A stretch of 64,000 nucleotides of DNA from Deltaproteobacteria bacterium. Lineage in GTDB: Bacteria; Myxococcota_A; Polyangia; Fen-1088. Both the position numbers and the translations under genes were made by a program. This document shows positions 59,658 through 64,000 of the stretch, piece by piece (position 1 is the first letter of the stretch; the number at the start of each line of letters is the position of its first letter). Below the pieces are notes generated by a model. It had not been told where the DNA came from and made no database searches. It saw only the letters and a program-made list of their open reading frames with translations. The DNA lies in contig JANRKS010000002.1 in NCBI GenBank assembly GCA_033763315.1, forward strand, positions 1 to 64,000, given 5' to 3'.

Positions 59658-62642
59658 ATGGCTTTTGTGGGGCGTGTTGCGTGCATTCTAGCCGCGGTGA
59701 TTGCAAGCAAGGCCGCCGTGGCCGCCCCCGCTGCTCCGGCTGACGCTTACGCGGGCCGCGATGTGAAAAGCGTGGACGGCGATTTTCCTACCGTGGGTGC
59801 GATAGCCGCGACGCCGGATGGGTTCTTGTGGCTGGGCGGGCAAACCGCGCTTTGGCGCTTTGACGGGTCGCGGTTTGAAAGAAAGACAGACGATCTGGGT
59901 GAGCCTCCCGAGGCCCGACGGTTTATGGTCTCTCACGACGGCTCATTGTGGATCGCAACCGGCTCTGCGCGCTTGCTGCTATCTCTGGAGAAAGAGGAAT
60001 CGGGCAGCAGTTGGCGGGGTGGCAAGCCCGGCCTGGTGAAGCGATCGCCACAGGGCATCTTCTTGAGATCGCCGCTTGTTGATTTGCTGCCCAATCCTTG
60101 GGTCTGGGCCATGGCGGAGTCGGCCAATGGTCGGCTTTGGTTTGGTACGGAGGGAGGCCTGTTGGCTGTTAATGCCGATGGCAGCGCTCCGAGGGTTTTT
60201 ACAACGCGAGATGGTCTGCCCAACCAGCACATCACTGCCATTACCGTTGACGGCGACAAAACGTGGATCGGGACGATCGATGCGTTGTCGGTCATTGAGC
60301 AAGGGAAGGTTCGCGTTGTGCTTGAAAGATTTCCCGTGGCCACAATTCTCGCACGTCCAAATGGGAGATTGTTTGTGGGAGGGCCAGGCGGCGCGGCCGT
60401 CTTGGACAACGGCGTTCAGACCACGCGGCTTAAGGTCGGATCGGTGAACTGCATGCTGGCAGATGAAGCCGGAAAGATTTGGATCGGAACGGTCTACGAC
60501 TTAAACGTAGTGGACGAAAAGACGCTGGCCACTTCTTTGCCATTGGAGCGGACCATAGGCGTCATGGCCTTGGGACGCGATCGCGATGATGGCCTGTGGG
60601 TGTTCAGCGCTGAACGGGGACTGCTGCGCATGACGCCCACGCCGTCCTTGGCCGTGGCTGCTTTGCACCGCGATGCGATCTTCTCGGTGCTGGCCGCCCG
60701 TGATGGCACGGTGTGGGCCGTGACGATCAAGGGCGTTGTACAGTTGCGCGATGGGCAAGTGGTGTCGCGCTTCGCTCTTGGGCGCGAGATTGGCACCTGG
60801 TCGCCTCGCTCATTGGCGCAGGCACCTGATGATTCGATCATTCTTGTTGGTGGTGGTGCCGTCGCGCGATTCAGTGGAGGCGTTGTCACGCAAGCGCATC
60901 CGTCGGTGGGGCAAGAGCCACTGCACCCAGACACCGTGTTTGTTGATCGCAATGGGGATGCTTGGTTACCCCGCAACCGAAGCGGCGTGGCGCGGTTCGC
61001 GGGCAGTGATTTTTCTCGCGTCAGCGAAACTCTTGGTGTCGAGCAAGGCCTTTGCGAAGCGATGGTGGGCCCCATGGCCGAAGACGCCAGGGGCGTGATG
61101 TGGTTTGGCACGAGGAGTGGACTTGGCCGTTGGGATCCTGTAGGTCGAAAGGGCAAATGCTTCACACGCCGTGATGGCCTTCCTGGCGATGAGATCGCAG
61201 TTATCTACGCGCGCTCGGGTTCAGTGTTGGTTGGCAGCACGCAGCCCGTGGGTCTGGGCGAAATTCGCGGGGAAGAAGCGCATCCGCTGAAGTTGAATGG
61301 TCCGGTGGACACATTGCGGATCTTTGGCGTGAACGAGCACGAGGGTCGGCTCTGGTTCACCTCGGATTTAGGTGTGTATGTGTCTCCACCCGCCGCTGGG
61401 CTGCCAAGCGGCCAAGGTGGCTGGCGGCAGATAACAGCGGAGGATGGCCTGCCGTCGTCAACGAGCATGGCATCGTTTCAGCCGTCATTGGCACGCACAC
61501 CGGACGGGCGATTGTGGATCCCAACGCTATTGGGGCTTGGTGTGTTGAATGCCACCTTGCCCGCAGCGCGACCTATGCCTCGTGTTGTGGTCGAAGAAGT
61601 TCGCGTGGGAGGCAGGCGCGCAGACAACATCAGATCGATTTCATTGTCCCCCGGCAACGCCACCTTTGCGGTCACGTTGGCGGCACCCAATTTTGCGCAC
61701 CCCGATGAATTGATGTTTGAAACGCGCATGGAAGGGTTGGAAACAGGGTGGAGCCCACGCGGCAGCGGTCGAGAGATCGCCTACGCTGGGCTTGCGCCGG
61801 GCCGCTACGCTTTTGCCGCGCGCCTGGTAAACCGCAACACCGGTACAACGGGAAAGCCTATCCACATTCCCGTGGTTGCCGTGCCGTGGTGGTGGCAAAC
61901 GCTTTGGTTTAAGGTCGTGGCCTCCGTGGTTCTGGCATCTGTGATCGCCACGGCCTTCATTCTACGGGGCCGCCGCATCCGCGCTCAGTTTCTGGCCATT
62001 GCGCAAGAGCGGGCGCGCATTGCGAGAGATCTGCACGATGGGTTGGCCCAAGGCTTCACCTCAATCACACTGTTTGTGGATTCCGCGATTCTTGAATTGC
62101 AAAAGCAAGATCCAGAACCACGCACGAGCAAAGCGGCCCAAATTCTTGGCGCCACAAAAGGGATCATTGATCAATGCCACCGCGAGGTGCGGCAAGCGGT
62201 GTTCAACTTGCGCGCGCAGGAGATGGGGCGCGTATCAGTTGAGGAAGCCATCGCGCGGGTGATCGATTCTGCTCGTAAGGCATCGGCGGTTGAGATTTCC
62301 TTCGTGGCGCGCGGCAAGCACATGCGAGAAGCCGCAGACGCTCGGTTAGAGCAAGAGCTCCCGATGGTGGTGCAGGAAGCGATTTCAAACGCTTTGAGCC
62401 ACGGAAAAGCCGAAAAAATCACGGTCAAACTGGAAAATATGGATCACGTCGTCAGGCTTGAAATCCACGACAATGGCCATGGCATCTCCGATGAAGCGCT
62501 GGGGGCGAGCGGGCAACCCAACGCGGGATTTGGTCTTGTAGGAATGACCGAGCGTGCCGCAAGGGTGGGTGGGAAACTTACGGTGCAAAGAGCGCCTGAA
62601 GGCGGTACAACAGTGTCGCTCACCGCTGAACGAAACCGATGA
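59658..62642 (+). CDS. Sensor histidine kinase with two-component-regulator beta-propellers, Y_Y_Y domain and HisKA_3
   Basis: Repeated DG.LW.GT / DGLP units, YAGLAPGRYAF, PWWWQTLWF-TM, ERARIARDLHDGLAQ, EAISNA, DNGHG, GFGLVGM.ER. Confidence 0.93.
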   Translation: MAFVGRVACILAAVIASKAAVAAPAAPADAYAGRDVKSVDGDFPTVGAIAATPDGFLWLGGQTALWRFDGSRFERKTDDLGEPPEARRFMVSHDGSLWIATGSARLLLSLEKEESGSSWRGGKPGLVKRSPQGIFLRSPLVDLLPNPWVWAMAESANGRLWFGTEGGLLAVNADGSAPRVFTTRDGLPNQHITAITVDGDKTWIGTIDALSVIEQGKVRVVLERFPVATILARPNGRLFVGGPGGAAVLDNGVQTTRLKVGSVNCMLADEAGKIWIGTVYDLNVVDEKTLATSLPLERTIGVMALGRDRDDGLWVFSAERGLLRMTPTPSLAVAALHRDAIFSVLAARDGTVWAVTIKGVVQLRDGQVVSRFALGREIGTWSPRSLAQAPDDSIILVGGGAVARFSGGVVTQAHPSVGQEPLHPDTVFVDRNGDAWLPRNRSGVARFAGSDFSRVSETLGVEQGLCEAMVGPMAEDARGVMWFGTRSGLGRWDPVGRKGKCFTRRDGLPGDEIAVIYARSGSVLVGSTQPVGLGEIRGEEAHPLKLNGPVDTLRIFGVNEHEGRLWFTSDLGVYVSPPAAGLPSGQGGWRQITAEDGLPSSTSMASFQPSLARTPDGRLWIPTLLGLGVLNATLPAARPMPRVVVEEVRVGGRRADNIRSISLSPGNATFAVTLAAPNFAHPDELMFETRMEGLETGWSPRGSGREIAYAGLAPGRYAFAARLVNRNTGTTGKPIHIPVVAVPWWWQTLWFKVVASVVLASVIATAFILRGRRIRAQFLAIAQERARIARDLHDGLAQGFTSITLFVDSAILELQKQDPEPRTSKAAQILGATKGIIDQCHREVRQAVFNLRAQEMGRVSVEEAIARVIDSARKASAVEISFVARGKHMREAADARLEQELPMVVQEAISNALSHGKAEKITVKLENMDHVVRLEIHDNGHGISDEALGASGQPNAGFGLVGMTERAARVGGKLTVQRAPEGGTTVSLTAERNR

Positions 62643-63265
62643 CCAACGCGATCACTGTTTTAATCATCGACGACAACCAGCTTGCACGGATGGGCGTTGC
62701 CATGCTGTTGTCCACTCAAGACGACGTCAAACTTGTGGGCGAGGCTGCTGATGGCCCCAGCGGGCTTAAGCTTTACCAGGAGGTCAAACCGAATGTCGCT
62801 TTGGTTGATCTGCGTTTGCCGAATATGGATGGCGTCGCCGTGCTCGAAGCCATTCGCCGATTGGATCCGCACGCTCGCTGCCTCGTTTTGTCTCACTACG
62901 AAGGCGACGAGAACATTTTCCGTGCCTTAAAAGCAGGCGCGGGTGGTTACCTGACAAAGCAGGCCTCGGGACCGGAGATTCTCAATGCGATTCGGGCGGT
63001 GTTCGCGGGCAAACGATATCTACCGCCCGAGATTGCCTCGCAACTTGCCGATCGCTTTGGGCAGTCGGAACTCACAAAGCGCGAACAAGAAGTTCTCGTG
63101 CAAGTGTCTGAAGGCAAATCAAACCGAGCGATCGCAGACCTTCTGCAGATCTCGGACCGCACCGTCGCCACCTATGTGAGCGCGATCATGGCGAAGTTGC
63201 AGGCCAAGAGCCGGACCGAAGCGGTCAGCCGCGCGCGCACGCGCGGGCTGATCCCGAAAGACTAG
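62639..63265 (+). CDS. NarL/LuxR-family response regulator
   Basis: LIIDD, VDLRLP, GYLTK, LTKREQEVL..GKSNRAIA HTH. ATGA-coupled to the kinase. Confidence 0.95.
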   Translation: MTNAITVLIIDDNQLARMGVAMLLSTQDDVKLVGEAADGPSGLKLYQEVKPNVALVDLRLPNMDGVAVLEAIRRLDPHARCLVLSHYEGDENIFRALKAGAGGYLTKQASGPEILNAIRAVFAGKRYLPPEIASQLADRFGQSELTKREQEVLVQVSEGKSNRAIADLLQISDRTVATYVSAIMAKLQAKSRTEAVSRARTRGLIPKD

Positions 63266-63274
63266 CGATGTTCT

Positions 63275-64000
63275 TCAAGTGAGAAACGGCAGTGGCTGAC
63301 TGGCCGAGCTGAAGACGATTGGATCGTGCTTTGCAAATTGGGCATCCCAACTGGAAAAGCCCACGCCCATGCAGCCAAAACCAGAGTTCGGATCGTTGTG
63401 ATAATCGATTTCCGAAGGCGAAAGCCCTAAGGCCGTGGCGACGGTGAACAGATATTGATTGTAGGTCAGGCCCACATAGTCAGAGAGCTCGCGGGCCTCT
63501 AACTTGAGCTTTCGCGCCGGTGTCTTATTGCGATAGTCGCAAAACAGGCCAGTCTTCAGATTGCCGCCCGCACCACCTAAAGTGACCACGGGTAAGTTGA
63601 TTGAGTTGTGCGTGCTTACGCCGCACTCACTCGTTTGCATGAGGAGGGCGTTGTCGAGGAACGTTTGCCCTGGGACCTCTTCGACATCCAGTCGACGCGC
63701 GAGTTCCAACAGAATGTTGTCGAACACCCACCGGTGGTGGAGCACCACCTTCTCCCGCAAAGCGGTCACGTCGCCCGATGCTTCTGAGATCGTGTGAGCT
63801 TCGGTATGCCAATCGTTCTCGGTGTGGGGCAGGAACGACATGATGCGGGCGCAACCGATCGATGAGGCTCCGCAAATCATACCGGCAGCGGCAACTTCAA
63901 CCAACGCTCGGTAGCGATCTGCCGATGTGTTGACGAAACTGGGGTCGCCGGGACGCGTACAAGAAATTGAAGAAGACAAAGAGCTGGCCACATCGGACAA
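63275..64000 (-). CDS. DUF1552 family protein, C-terminal part (copy 5), truncated by the window edge
   Basis: AGMICGASSI, WHTEAH, GQTFLDNAL..TSEC..THNS..LPVVTLGGAGGNLKTG, YNQYL. Confidence 0.85.
   Translation of the reverse strand: MSDVASSLSSSISCTRPGDPSFVNTSADRYRALVEVAAAGMICGASSIGCARIMSFLPHTENDWHTEAHTISEASGDVTALREKVVLHHRWVFDNILLELARRLDVEEVPGQTFLDNALLMQTSECGVSTHNSINLPVVTLGGAGGNLKTGLFCDYRNKTPARKLKLEARELSDYVGLTYNQYLFTVATALGLSPSEIDYHNDPNSGFGCMGVGFSSWDAQFAKHDPIVFSSASQPLPFLT

Overview
GC-rich bacterial window, most likely from a myxobacterium (Myxococcota, Polyangia-like). This is inferred from a MYXO-CTERM sorting tail, a CorE-type sigma factor, Cys-rich CxDxxKNxxETDxDCGG repeats and many lipoproteins with Gly/Asp/Ala tethers. 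The left ~24 kb holds the 5' end of an IS transposase, a partly decayed copper/stress island and a LysR-DJ-1-SnoaL cassette. The island comprises copA, a corE-like sigma, copZ and katG, plus relics of a multicopper oxidase, a His-tailed transporter and chrA. From 14.7 kb onward the window is dominated by a repeated, uncharacterised module: four complete pairs of a DUF1592/DUF1588-type CxxCH lipoprotein plus a Tat-exported DUF1552 protein, a fifth DUF1552 cut by the window edge, and a divergent lipoprotein-type DUF1552. These are interleaved with glycan-binding or lyase-fold surface lipoproteins, two four-gene ECF sigma/anti-sigma/outer-membrane/lipoprotein cassettes and a beta-propeller Y_Y_Y sensor kinase. 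One cassette uses a GH9-CBM3 protein that has lost both catalytic aspartates. I interpret this as a candidate myxobacterial polysaccharide-sensing and utilisation system built on redox-type DUF pairs rather than SusC/SusD. A shared CTGTAAT-N12-TTTGCGT motif upstream of copA and copZ is a candidate CorE-type promoter. No rRNA, tRNA or CRISPR array was seen. All family assignments are from motif recognition by eye, not from database searches.
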